From: an uncultured Rickettsiales bacterium | Lineage (GTDB): Bacteria > Myxococcota_A > UBA796 > UBA9615 | Assembly: GCA_964344575.1 (NCBI GenBank) | Contig: CAYFOA010000005.1 | Location: 15,105-79,104 of the forward strand | Length of the DNA stretch: 64,000 bases | Reading direction: 5' to 3' | In this document: positions 56,201-63,962 of the stretch, piece by piece | How the letters are laid out: each line of letters opens with the position of its first letter | How positions within the stretch are numbered: position 1 is the stretch's first letter | The notes under the pieces: model-generated | Database searches by the model: none | The model's input: the letters and a program-made list of their open reading frames with translations, nothing else | What the model was told of the DNA's origin: nothing | Program-made: the position numbers and the translations under genes

Positions 56201-56376
56201 TCGACGCCGTCGCCCACCCGGTCCGGAGCGCCGGGGTAGATGGTGGGGTCGTCCCCGTCGCAGTCAGCGGCGTCGGCGGCCCCGTCGCCGTCGAAGTCGG
56301 AGAGCGCGCCCCCCGAGCCGTCGGCGCAGCCGGCCAGCCACAAGGGCAGCAGGACGGCGAGGACGCGGCCAGGCAT
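53212..56376 (-). CDS. Giant lipoprotein with ~15 MopE-like Cys/Asp-rich putative metal-binding repeats, then FG-GAP repeats
   Basis: Lipobox LWLAGC. Reiterated CxDxDxD...HPGAxExCDGxDNDCDG units across ~600 aa. C-terminal DVNGDGFDD / DLDGDGRDD FG-GAP repeats. Confidence 0.75.
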   Translation of the reverse strand: MPGRVLAVLLPLWLAGCADGSGGALSDFDGDGAADAADCDGDDPTIYPGAPDRVGDGVDQNCDGADGVDADGDTFASEASGGEDCRDDDAATHPDAEEVADDGIDNDCAGGDVRCDVDGDGVLNDHPLCGGSDCDDAHSGCFAPGDCADADGDDYRVCDLDCDDAEPTRHPGHDEICDGLDNDCNAETPADEADADGDGWRICDGDCDDARADAAPDAPELCNGADDDCDPATAAAGGEEDADADGDFACSDCDDSDDGVDSRDVDGDGYDTCGAACPGDGPCSPDCDDLDAAAYPAAADGYADGVDQNCDGTDGVDADGDGLAQEFEDCDDEAPACGPAGDCDDADGDGYRVCDGDCADDDPGASPAAPAELCDGLDTDCDGTLPPDEADDDGDGDPACSDCDDTDPALTSLDADGDGETSCAGDCDDGDPLLNTADLDADGVSPCEGDCSDFNPAVLPGGGEACDGVDSDCDGVVPADEADGDGDGYIACADCDDLDAAFHPGAVEVCDGLDEDCDGVVPGDEEDDDADGWVECEPWSGTAPEVLGGGDCDDAVDSTSPGEPELCDLVDNDCDGVVDDGVDADGDGDGWFPCQGDCDDLDPAIFPGSWDDATAAGRTDGVDANCDGGDAFVVTAATLRFPGSGVWGQSLVAGADVNGDGFDDVVIDGEVWFGPLDLGEHFAADAVLAVEETAAVALGDLDGDGRDDLAFVGGDATIVFGVDVVTDPAGLPAAVSIVHTAGGDGFRSVAALPDATGDGLPDLALGGPHSPLAANGGSAFVFDGTDLLAGGALDEADAWFALWGEDADGFLGAGSRSGAWTGALSGADVDGSGLTDLVAGAPGTTFPEFADGDAFIVFDATMAANGGLAASASDVQVTGAGGAQAGWVVGGLPDWNGDGHDEVLLGGRSSTSMQLHSGAYLVANPVVIFGAGADIQYEGVPIPYRQPRAADVDGDGVPDLLHGFARSCGPIGKAFVLPGAEIVAYYAGGGGLSAIGDGWSFEATDAWATAGWEVGAADLDGDGRLDLVATTAGTCSGLSTSGVDGVNVFVNPLP

Positions 56377-56465
56377 CCCGCGATCCTACCGTCGCGGACC
56401 ACATTCGAGCGCTGCCCCAGTCCCCCGTGTGTTAGAAGCCCCGCCCCACCCCGGAGGAGGCACCC

Positions 56466-57335
56466 ATGCATCGCGTTTTCCTGACCTGCGCCCTGTGCGC
56501 CGCTGTCCTGCTCCCCGCGTCGTCCTTCGCCAAGAAGGACAAGAAGAGCGACGAGGTCGATCCCGAGGACCACGAGAACCACTTCGAGGAGGTCGATCCC
56601 GTCGAGGTGGGGGACATCACCGTCACGTTCTCCAACCAGCACGCGCAGATGGAGTTCATCATGGTGAAGGCGAAGGTGAAGAACGACGCCGACCAGTACC
56701 TCTTCATCGAGCCGCGCGAGTCGAGCTGGATCGTCGACGGCGAGGAGGAGGCGGCCGACGCGAGCAAGCCGAAGTCGGTGCTCATCCACCCGTTCAAGGA
56801 GAAGAGCGTCACCTTCAAGATCAAGGGCGACCTCGACAAGGGCGCCGACTACCACGTCGAGGAGTGCAGCCTGAAGCTCGACGGGTTCAGCGTGGCGACC
56901 AACGAGGGGGTCTCCATCGACACCGACGACTTCCAGATCCCGCCGTCGCAGAACAAGTTCAAGGTCAACGACTTCGACTGCAAGCTCGACCACCTCAAGA
57001 ACGACACCCACTTCACCAAGGCGCAGTTCAGCTGCACCTACAAGGGCGACCACGTCGGCTTCATCGACCCCAGCGTCGCCGGCTGGCGCATCCCCTCGGG
57101 GCAGGAGTTCGCGAACGAGGAGCGGAACGCCAAGAAGGTCATGCTCACGCGCGGCAAGTCCGCCAAGTTCGCCGTCAGCTCCGACATCGACTCCGGCATC
57201 TTCGACATGGAGGAGGACGGCGTCTGGCACCTCATCTGGAACGACACGTTCAGCGAGAGCAAGCGCAAGGGCGTCGAGATGGAGACCGTCGACTTCGAGC
57301 TCGACGAGGAGAAGACCGAGGAGGAGAACTCCTAG
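56466..57335 (+). CDS. Secreted Lys/Asp/Glu-rich hypothetical protein with lower GC
   Basis: Signal peptide MHRVFLTCALCAAVLLPASSFA and a strong SD (GGAGGAGG) 7 nt upstream. Composition is very different from its neighbours (many AAG/AAC codons). Confidence 0.6.
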   Translation: MHRVFLTCALCAAVLLPASSFAKKDKKSDEVDPEDHENHFEEVDPVEVGDITVTFSNQHAQMEFIMVKAKVKNDADQYLFIEPRESSWIVDGEEEAADASKPKSVLIHPFKEKSVTFKIKGDLDKGADYHVEECSLKLDGFSVATNEGVSIDTDDFQIPPSQNKFKVNDFDCKLDHLKNDTHFTKAQFSCTYKGDHVGFIDPSVAGWRIPSGQEFANEERNAKKVMLTRGKSAKFAVSSDIDSGIFDMEEDGVWHLIWNDTFSESKRKGVEMETVDFELDEEKTEEENS

Positions 57336-58042
57336 GTCGCGTCCTCCGCGTACTTCAGCGCGCCCGCCGCCAGCTCTGCGCGGGTCGCGTCCCCGTTGGT
57401 CGCGTGGGACGGATCAACCCGCTCGATGCGTCCCGTCAGCCGCCCCCGCGCCCGCCACGGGCCGAGGTCGCCGAGCACGTCGAGGAGCTTGTGCCAGGCC
57501 GGCTCGTCGCGCATCCGCGGACGGCCGCCGTAGAGCGCGGCGCCGTCGCGGAAGACGACCGCGTCGTCGGGGCGGGCGCCGGGGAACAGCGGGCGGAGGT
57601 CGCGGGCGTGATCCGCGTCGATGAAGGTCCGGGCGTCCGCCGGCGCCGCGCCGCCCCGCCACCGCACCGTCGCCCTGCCGAAGGTCACCGACACGTCCAG
57701 ATCGGGCCGGCGTCCCCCGAACCCGGCCGCGCGCAGGGCGCGGACCCAGGGCCGCGCGCTGCCGTCGAGGATCGGCGCCTCGCCGTGGTCGAACCGCAGG
57801 TCCACGTCGTCCACGTCCAGCATCACGAGCGCCGCGAAGAGGTGCTCCGGCATCTGCACCTGGCCCGCGATCGACGAGCGGTGGGGGAGGGGAGCGTGGT
57901 CGTCGGGGTTGAGGGCCCGCATCGGCTCGGTCCCCACCGCCCACCGCCACCCCGCGCCGGCGCGCCCCGGCGTCACGACGACCGTCGCCGGACCGCCCCC
58001 GAACAGCGCCCGCCCGGCGATCCGGAAGCCGCGCCGCCTCAC
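57332..58042 (-). CDS. LpxC-like (UDP-3-O-acyl-GlcNAc deacetylase fold) protein, shorter than canonical LpxC
   Basis: Motifs FDHGEAPILDGSARPWV (cf. EAPIMDGSAAPF), HKLLDVLGDL and the C-terminal PSHATNGDATRAEL resemble LpxC. The GTG start overlaps the upstream stop (GTGA). About 236 aa. Confidence 0.5.
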   Translation of the reverse strand: MRRRGFRIAGRALFGGGPATVVVTPGRAGAGWRWAVGTEPMRALNPDDHAPLPHRSSIAGQVQMPEHLFAALVMLDVDDVDLRFDHGEAPILDGSARPWVRALRAAGFGGRRPDLDVSVTFGRATVRWRGGAAPADARTFIDADHARDLRPLFPGARPDDAVVFRDGAALYGGRPRMRDEPAWHKLLDVLGDLGPWRARGRLTGRIERVDPSHATNGDATRAELAAGALKYAEDAT

Positions 58043-58368
58043 TTGTCCGGCAGCTCGAACGTCGCCTTGTCGCCGACCCCGATCCCGCGCTCCGCGAACC
58101 ACCCCTGGTTCACCTCCAGCGCGTACAGCGCCGGCTTCGCCGAGCGGTGCGACTTCCTCGACTGGGGCTGCATGTCCTGGATGTCGACGATGACGCCGTC
58201 CGCGTCGAGGAACGCGATCGACAGCGGCACGAACGTGTTCTTCATCCAGAAGCCGAGCGTCTTCTCGGACTCGTAGACGAAGAGCATCCCGGCGTTCTTC
58301 CCCAGCTCGCGGCGGTACATCAGCCCCCGGCTCTGCTGGTCCGGCGTGAGCGCCACCTCCGCCTTCAC
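58039..58368 (-). CDS. DUF192 domain protein
   Basis: 109-aa core as in the ORF track. The upstream in-frame sequence encodes a signal-peptide-like segment ([19 protein letters not shown]) but contains no ATG/GTG/TTG. The only candidate is a CTG overlapping the ruvB stop at about 58482. Confidence 0.6.
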   Translation of the reverse strand: MKAEVALTPDQQSRGLMYRRELGKNAGMLFVYESEKTLGFWMKNTFVPLSIAFLDADGVIVDIQDMQPQSRKSHRSAKPALYALEVNQGWFAERGIGVGDKATFELPDK

Positions 58369-58478
58369 GGTGTGGCCGGCGACGTCGATCTTGATGACCT
58401 TCAGCCCCGCCTCGCTCGTCCCCGTGCACGACGGGGCCTGGAGGACGAAGAGCGCGGCGAACGCGAGCGTGAGGACCC

Positions 58479-59501
58479 TCAGAACAGCGACCCCGTCTTG
58501 CCCGCGGGGGTGCGGACGCCGAGGTGGCGGTAGGCGAGGTCGCCGGCGACGCGGCCCTGGCGGCTCCGGACGATGTAGCCCTGCTGGACGAGGTACGGCT
58601 CGTAGACGTCCTCCAGCGTGTCCCGCTCCTCGCCCACGGCGGCGGCCAGCGCGTCGATCCCCACGGGGCCGCCGGCGAACCGCTCCACCAGGGCCGTCAG
58701 GAGGCGGCGGTCCATCTTGTCGAGCCCGGCGCGGTCGACGTCCAGCCGCTCCAGGGACGACGCCACCACCGCGTCGTCGATCGACCCGTCCCCCTCGACC
58801 TGGGCGAAGTCCCGCACCCGGCGGAGCAGCCGGTTCGCGATCCGCGGCGTCCCCCGTGACCGCCGGGCCAGCTCCAGGGCCGCGCTGTCCGCGATCGGGA
58901 CATCGAGCAGGCCCGCGCTCCGGCGGACGATCGTGGCGAGCTCCTCGGCCGAGTAGAAGTCGAGCACGGCGACGTACCCGAAGCGCGCCCGGAACGGCGA
59001 GCTGAGCAGCCCCTCGCGGGTCGTGGCGCCGACCAGCGTGAACGGCGGGAGGTCGAACTTCAGCGCCCGCGCGGCCGGCCCCGCGCCGAGCACGATGTCG
59101 ATCTCGTAGTCCTCCATCGCCGGGTAGAGGACCTCCTGGACCGCCCGGTTGAGGCGGTGGATCTCGTCGATGAAGAGGACGTCCCCCTCGTCGAGGTTCG
59201 ACACGATCGCGGCGAGGTCCCCGCCGCGCTCCAGCACCGGCCCGGACGTCGCCTTGATCTGGACGCCCATCTCGCGGGCGATGACGTGCGCGAGCGTCGT
59301 CTTGCCGAGCCCCGGGGGACCCGCGAAGAGCACGTGGTCCAGCGCCTCCGACCGACGCCGCGCGGCCTCGATGAAGACGCTCAGGTTGTCGAGGATCGCC
59401 CGCTGCCCGACGTACTCGTCCAGGGTCGAGGGGCGGAGGCTGATCTCCTCGCCGATCTCGTCCGCGTCTTCCTGCACTTCGGGGGACAGGTCGCGCTCCA
59501 C
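58479..59501 (-). CDS. ruvB: Holliday junction branch migration ATPase RuvB
   Basis: Walker [10 protein letters not shown], Walker B DEIHRL and the RuvB C-terminal winged-helix. 340 aa. Confidence 0.95.
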   Translation of the reverse strand: MERDLSPEVQEDADEIGEEISLRPSTLDEYVGQRAILDNLSVFIEAARRRSEALDHVLFAGPPGLGKTTLAHVIAREMGVQIKATSGPVLERGGDLAAIVSNLDEGDVLFIDEIHRLNRAVQEVLYPAMEDYEIDIVLGAGPAARALKFDLPPFTLVGATTREGLLSSPFRARFGYVAVLDFYSAEELATIVRRSAGLLDVPIADSAALELARRSRGTPRIANRLLRRVRDFAQVEGDGSIDDAVVASSLERLDVDRAGLDKMDRRLLTALVERFAGGPVGIDALAAAVGEERDTLEDVYEPYLVQQGYIVRSRQGRVAGDLAYRHLGVRTPAGKTGSLF

Positions 59502-59510
59502 GGTCCGAGT

Positions 59511-60428
59511 CTAGCCCCCCGGAGGGGTCTGTGGGACCGAGAGACGGAACATCTGATCAGCGTCCGCCGCGATGACCGGCAGGAGGTCCTTCCAGGGGGT
59601 CTCGGGGGCGACCTCGATCGGGTCGGCGTCCGCGGTCCAGGTCGTCACGATGGCGCCGACCGGGGGGCCGGGGAACATCGGGATCTGGAGCATCGTGACG
59701 ATGCGGGGGGCCTGCTTGGGGCACTCCTTCCAGATCGAGTCGATGCTCGCCGCGAGCAGCGAGCACTTCGCCTCCGGCGCCGCCACCGCCACCGCCGTGA
59801 ACGCATGCACCGCCACCTCGCAGCCGTCGACCTCCGAGGAGGTGCGCTCGGCGAGCCGCGTCTGGAGCTCCCCCGGCGCTCTCGTCTCCAGCTCGGCGAA
59901 CACCGACTCGGCGAGCTCCGGGACGACGAACGGGGGCGGCTCCGCGGCCCCGGGGATCCGGACCAGCCACTGCATCGTGTGGAACCCCGCCGCGTCCGCC
60001 ACCGCCGCCGCCTCGGCGACCCGCGACGCGGGCACGTCGGGCTGGATCGACCACATCATCCGGCCCTCGAAGCGGTACTTCGGCGCCATCTCGGCGATCG
60101 CGCGTGCCTGGTCCGCCTTCTCCCGGAGCATGTCCCCGAGGGCCTGCGCGTCGCGGACGAGGACTCCGTCGAGGACCGTCTCGTCGGGCTTCAGCACGGC
60201 CGAGACGCTGAGCTCCGGCAGCGTGGTGGGGCCGTCCCACGCGAGGAGTCCTTCGGAGGTGACGAAGACCTCCGGACGGCTGCAGTACGCCGCTTCGAAC
60301 CCGGCGCTGTCGAGCCGGGGCGCTGCGTCGGCGGCGGGGGCGGCCGCCGGCGCGGGGTCGCCGCCCCCGGAGCAGGCGCCCGCGAGGCCGAGGGCGAGGG
60401 CGAGGCCGACGGCGGCGGCGGCCCTCAC
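59511..60428 (-). CDS. Hypothetical lipoprotein inserted between ruvA and ruvB
   Basis: Lipobox LGLAGAC. 305 aa. Its start overlaps the ruvA stop. Confidence 0.6.
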   Translation of the reverse strand: MRAAAAVGLALALGLAGACSGGGDPAPAAAPAADAAPRLDSAGFEAAYCSRPEVFVTSEGLLAWDGPTTLPELSVSAVLKPDETVLDGVLVRDAQALGDMLREKADQARAIAEMAPKYRFEGRMMWSIQPDVPASRVAEAAAVADAAGFHTMQWLVRIPGAAEPPPFVVPELAESVFAELETRAPGELQTRLAERTSSEVDGCEVAVHAFTAVAVAAPEAKCSLLAASIDSIWKECPKQAPRIVTMLQIPMFPGPPVGAIVTTWTADADPIEVAPETPWKDLLPVIAADADQMFRLSVPQTPPGG

Positions 60429-61036
60429 GCCGGACTCAGCGCCTTCAGCGCGCGCCGGAGCAGCGTCTGCACCGTGTCGTCGGGGGTCGGGTCGGCCGCC
60501 GCCAGGGCCTTCTTGATCTCCCGGGCGTTGTAGCCGAGCGCCGCCAGCGCGGCCGTCGCGTCCTCCACCGCGGGGGGCTCGACGGGCATCGTCTCGTCCA
60601 ACGCCGCCGACAGCGCGGGGTGCGGCAGCAGCTTGCCGAGCTTGTCCTTCAGCTCCAGGCAGAGCCGCGCCGCCGTCTTCTTCCCGAGGCCCGGGATCCG
60701 CGTCAGGCCGGCCACGTCGTCGCGGGCGATCGCGTCCGCCAGCGCCTTCGGGTCGACCGTCCCGACCACCGCGAGGGCCAGCTTGGGGCCGATCCCGGTC
60801 ACGCTCTGGACCACCCGGAAGACCCGCCGGTCCGCCTCCGTGCCGAACCCGTACAGCGTGATCGCGTCCTCCCGGACGTGGGTGTGGACGTGGAGGACGA
60901 CCTCGGCGCCGACCGCCGGCAGCTCCATCAGCGCCCGCGGCGCCGTCAGCACCTCGTACCCGACGCCGTCCCCCGCCTCGACCAGCACCCGGTCCGGCTC
61001 CGTCGCGATCAGCTTGCCCCGCAGTCGCCCGATCAT
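60425..61036 (-). CDS. ruvA: Holliday junction DNA helicase subunit RuvA
   Basis: MIGRLRGKL N-terminus, an HhH pair (GIGPKLA...GLTRIPGLGKKTA) and the C-terminal domain III. Confidence 0.9.
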   Translation of the reverse strand: MIGRLRGKLIATEPDRVLVEAGDGVGYEVLTAPRALMELPAVGAEVVLHVHTHVREDAITLYGFGTEADRRVFRVVQSVTGIGPKLALAVVGTVDPKALADAIARDDVAGLTRIPGLGKKTAARLCLELKDKLGKLLPHPALSAALDETMPVEPPAVEDATAALAALGYNAREIKKALAAADPTPDDTVQTLLRRALKALSPA

Positions 61037-61043
61037 CGCCCTG

Positions 61044-61586
61044 CTACCCCCTCACCTTCCGCAGCGGCTTCCGCGGCTCGCCGCCGCCGCCCCCCGTCGC
61101 CTCGACCACCTTGCTCGCGAACTTCGCCGCGTGAGCGTGGCAGATGGCCACCGCGAGCGCGTCCGTCCGGTCCGCGGCGCCCTCGATCTCGTCCCGCAGC
61201 AGCTTCGACACCATCGCCCGGACCTGCTCCTTGTCGGCCGCCCCGTTGCCCGTGACCGCCTTCTTGACCGTCGCCGGAGGGTACTCGCACACGCTCAGCC
61301 CCGCCTGCGCGGCGGCCAGCACCAGCACCCCCCGCGCGTGCCCCAGCTGCAGCGCCGACCGGGCGTGCTCGGCGTGAAACACGGCCTCGATGGCGAAGGC
61401 GTCCGGCGTCGTCCGCGTCAGGATCGCGGCCAGCTCGCGGTGGAGGTGGGCCAGCCGATCGGGGAACGCCGCCTTCTTCGGCGGCCGGATCAGTCCCGAC
61501 TCGAGGTGCAGGAGGCGACCGCCGTCGCGCCGCACCAGGCCCCAGCCCGTGCAGAACCCGCCGGGATCGACGCCGAGGACGATCAC
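61044..61586 (-). CDS. ruvC: Crossover junction endodeoxyribonuclease RuvC
   Basis: VIVLGVDPG N-terminus (RNase H fold with catalytic D), 180 aa. The GTG start overlaps yebC's stop. Confidence 0.9.
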   Translation of the reverse strand: MIVLGVDPGGFCTGWGLVRRDGGRLLHLESGLIRPPKKAAFPDRLAHLHRELAAILTRTTPDAFAIEAVFHAEHARSALQLGHARGVLVLAAAQAGLSVCEYPPATVKKAVTGNGAADKEQVRAMVSKLLRDEIEGAADRTDALAVAICHAHAAKFASKVVEATGGGGGEPRKPLRKVRG

Positions 61587-62350
61587 CCGGCTGCGATCCG
61601 CTCCATCTCGGCGTCCGAGATCTCGAAGTTCGCGTGGACGTTCTGGACGTCGTCGTTGTCCTCCAGCGCCTCGATCAGCGCCAGCAGCTTCTCGGCGTCC
61701 GACCCCTCCACCGGGACCGTCGTCGACGGGATCCACCACAGGCCGTACTCCTGCAGCTCGACGCCCTCGCCCTCGAGCCCCTCGCGGAGCATCTCCAGGT
61801 CCCCGACCTCGCAGACGACCTGCCACACCGCGTCGCCGTTGTCGTTGACGTCCTCCGTCAGGTCGTCGGCGCCGTGCTCCATCCCCGCCATCATCAACGA
61901 CTCCTCGTCGATGGCGTCCCGGGCCACGAGCGCGCGCCCCACCCGCCGGTAGCTGTGGGCCGCCGCGCCGCTCGCCGCGAGGGCGATCCCGCGCTTGCTC
62001 AGGAGGTGCTTGATCTCCGGCCCCGTCCGCGCCCGGTTGTCCGTCAGCACCTCGACCAGCAGCGCCACCCCGCCGGGCCCGTAGGCCTCGTACATGATCT
62101 CCTCGTACTCCTGCCCCTCGAGCAGGCCGGCACCCTTCTTGATGGCGCGGTCGAGGTTGTCCCGGGGGAGCGAGACGGCCTTCGCCTTGGCGATCGCGAG
62201 GCGGAGGCGGGGGTTGGCGTCGGGGTCCGGTCCGCCGACGCGGGCGGCGACCATGATGTCCTTGACGACCTTGCTGAACAGCTTGGAGCGGCGAGCGTCC
62301 TGGGCACCCTTGCGGTGCTTGATGTTGGCCCATTTGCTGTGGCCGGCCAT
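61583..62350 (-). CDS. yebC: YebC/PmpR family DNA-binding transcriptional regulator
   Basis: MAGHSKWANIKHRK N-terminus diagnostic of the YebC family. 255 aa. Confidence 0.9.
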   Translation of the reverse strand: MAGHSKWANIKHRKGAQDARRSKLFSKVVKDIMVAARVGGPDPDANPRLRLAIAKAKAVSLPRDNLDRAIKKGAGLLEGQEYEEIMYEAYGPGGVALLVEVLTDNRARTGPEIKHLLSKRGIALAASGAAAHSYRRVGRALVARDAIDEESLMMAGMEHGADDLTEDVNDNGDAVWQVVCEVGDLEMLREGLEGEGVELQEYGLWWIPSTTVPVEGSDAEKLLALIEALEDNDDVQNVHANFEISDAEMERIAAG

Positions 62351-62397
62351 CGACTTCCTCCGTGAAGGGTGCGATCGGATAGCATGCGGGCCGAGTC

Positions 62398-62742
62398 GTG
62401 ACCAGCGCACCCGAGCAACGCCGCCGCCGCCGCCGCCCCCTCATCGTCGAGGTCCAGGTGCAGCAGAGCGACGAGGTCTACCTCTACACCGCGCGCAACG
62501 TCAGCGCGGGCGGCATGTTCATCGACACGCCCGTCCCCCTCCCCCCCGGGACCGCGCTCCAGCTCGAGTTCAAGCTCCCCGGCGCCGACGCCGTCGAGGT
62601 CGCCGCCGAGGTGCGGTGGAACACCGAGCTCGCCGCCGCCCCGGGGACGCGCGTCAAGCACCCCGGGATGGGGGTCGTCTTCCGGGACCTCCCCCAGGTG
62701 GTCTACGACGAGCTGCTCAGCTGGGTCGAGGGCGCCGCGTGA
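62398..62742 (+). CDS. PilZ domain protein (c-di-GMP receptor)
   Basis: RxxxR (RRRRRRP) and D/NxSxGG (RNVSAGGMF) c-di-GMP-binding motifs. Confidence 0.7.
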   Translation: MTSAPEQRRRRRRPLIVEVQVQQSDEVYLYTARNVSAGGMFIDTPVPLPPGTALQLEFKLPGADAVEVAAEVRWNTELAAAPGTRVKHPGMGVVFRDLPQVVYDELLSWVEGAA

Positions 62743-62975
62743 AGCTCCCCGTCGCCCGGTGCCCCCGGTGCCGGACCGACGTCGTCGTCTACCGCACCGT
62801 CGCCCTCGGCGAGGACCCCCTCACGGCCCCCCTGGAGACCCGCTGCGTCGACTGCGACGCCCGCCTCGACCGCTTCGGCGTCGAGCCGGAGATCGTGGAG
62901 AAGACCGAAGGCGGGCGCTGCTTCGAGACGAAGGGGTGCGACGGCTGCCCCAAGATCGGCACCCGCCCCTGGTAG
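62739..62975 (+). CDS. Small zinc-ribbon protein, translationally coupled to the PilZ gene
   Basis: The GTG overlaps the PilZ stop (GTGA). CPRCRT...CVDCDAR...CFETKGCDGC Cys pairs. 78 aa. Confidence 0.5.
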   Translation: MKLPVARCPRCRTDVVVYRTVALGEDPLTAPLETRCVDCDARLDRFGVEPEIVEKTEGGRCFETKGCDGCPKIGTRPW

Positions 62976-62987
62976 GCGGCGCGGCCG

Positions 62988-63962
62988 CTACTTCTCGTTC
63001 CGCGTGGACGTCGAGCGGCGCTTGAGCGTCTCCATGATGACGGGCGTGGGGTCGGTGTTCCCCTCGCTGCTGTCGGGGCTCGACGGCGCGATGTGGACCT
63101 GGTTGCGGCCCCCGTGCTTGGCCGCGTAGAGCGCGAGGTCGGCCCGCTGCAGCCACTCGTGCAGCTCCTCGTCCTCCTCCAGCGTGGCCACGCCGACCGA
63201 CGCGGTGACCCGGAGGCCGGGGCTGAGGCTGTCGAGGTTGAGCCGGCTGATCGACCGCCGCACCCGCTCGCCGACGTGGGCGGCCTCGGGGGCGTCGGTG
63301 CCGGGGAGGATGACGCAGAACTCCTCGCCGCCGTAGCGGACGGCCGAGTCGGCGGTCCGGACGGTGGCGCGGACGGCCTCGGCGACCCGCCACAGGACCT
63401 CGTCGCCGACGAGGTGGCCGTGGTTGTCGTTGATCGCCTTGAAGTGGTCGAGGTCGATGATGAGCAGCGACAGCGCCTGCCGGTTGCGCCGGTGCGCCTT
63501 CATCAGCCCGGGCAGCTGCTCGTCCATGTAGCGCCGGCTGTAGAGCCCCGTCAGCGTGTCCTTGCGGGCGTTCCGGACCTGGCGGCTGATGTCCTCCTGG
63601 AACGCGATGTCGGCGTGGTCCATGAGGCGGAAGCGGAGGACGACGTCGCCGATGCGGATGAGGTCGCCGTCGACGATCTTGACCGGCCCCTCCAGCATCT
63701 CGCCGCCGACCCGGGTGCCGTTCGTGGAGCCGAGGTCCTCGACGCGGACCTCCAGCGGCGCCCCCTCGACGCGGATGCAGGTGAAGCGGGCGTGGCAGCG
63801 GGAGACGGACGCGTCCTTGACCTGGAAGTTGGCGATCTCCCCGCGGCCGACCTCGATGGCCTCGGCCTCCTCGGGGAAGAGGAACCAGTCCCCGACGGTG
63901 GGGCCGCGCTGGACGAGGAGGGCGGGGCGGGGACCGACGGCGGGCAGCCCCGCGGTGTCCAC
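62988..63962 (-). CDS. FHA domain-containing diguanylate cyclase (GGDEF)
   Basis: N-terminal FHA (VGRGEIANFQVKDASVSRCHARF...GSTNGTRV) and a C-terminal GGDEF with GGEEF active site and RxxD I-site. Confidence 0.85.
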   Translation of the reverse strand: MDTAGLPAVGPRPALLVQRGPTVGDWFLFPEEAEAIEVGRGEIANFQVKDASVSRCHARFTCIRVEGAPLEVRVEDLGSTNGTRVGGEMLEGPVKIVDGDLIRIGDVVLRFRLMDHADIAFQEDISRQVRNARKDTLTGLYSRRYMDEQLPGLMKAHRRNRQALSLLIIDLDHFKAINDNHGHLVGDEVLWRVAEAVRATVRTADSAVRYGGEEFCVILPGTDAPEAAHVGERVRRSISRLNLDSLSPGLRVTASVGVATLEEDEELHEWLQRADLALYAAKHGGRNQVHIAPSSPDSSEGNTDPTPVIMETLKRRSTSTRNEK

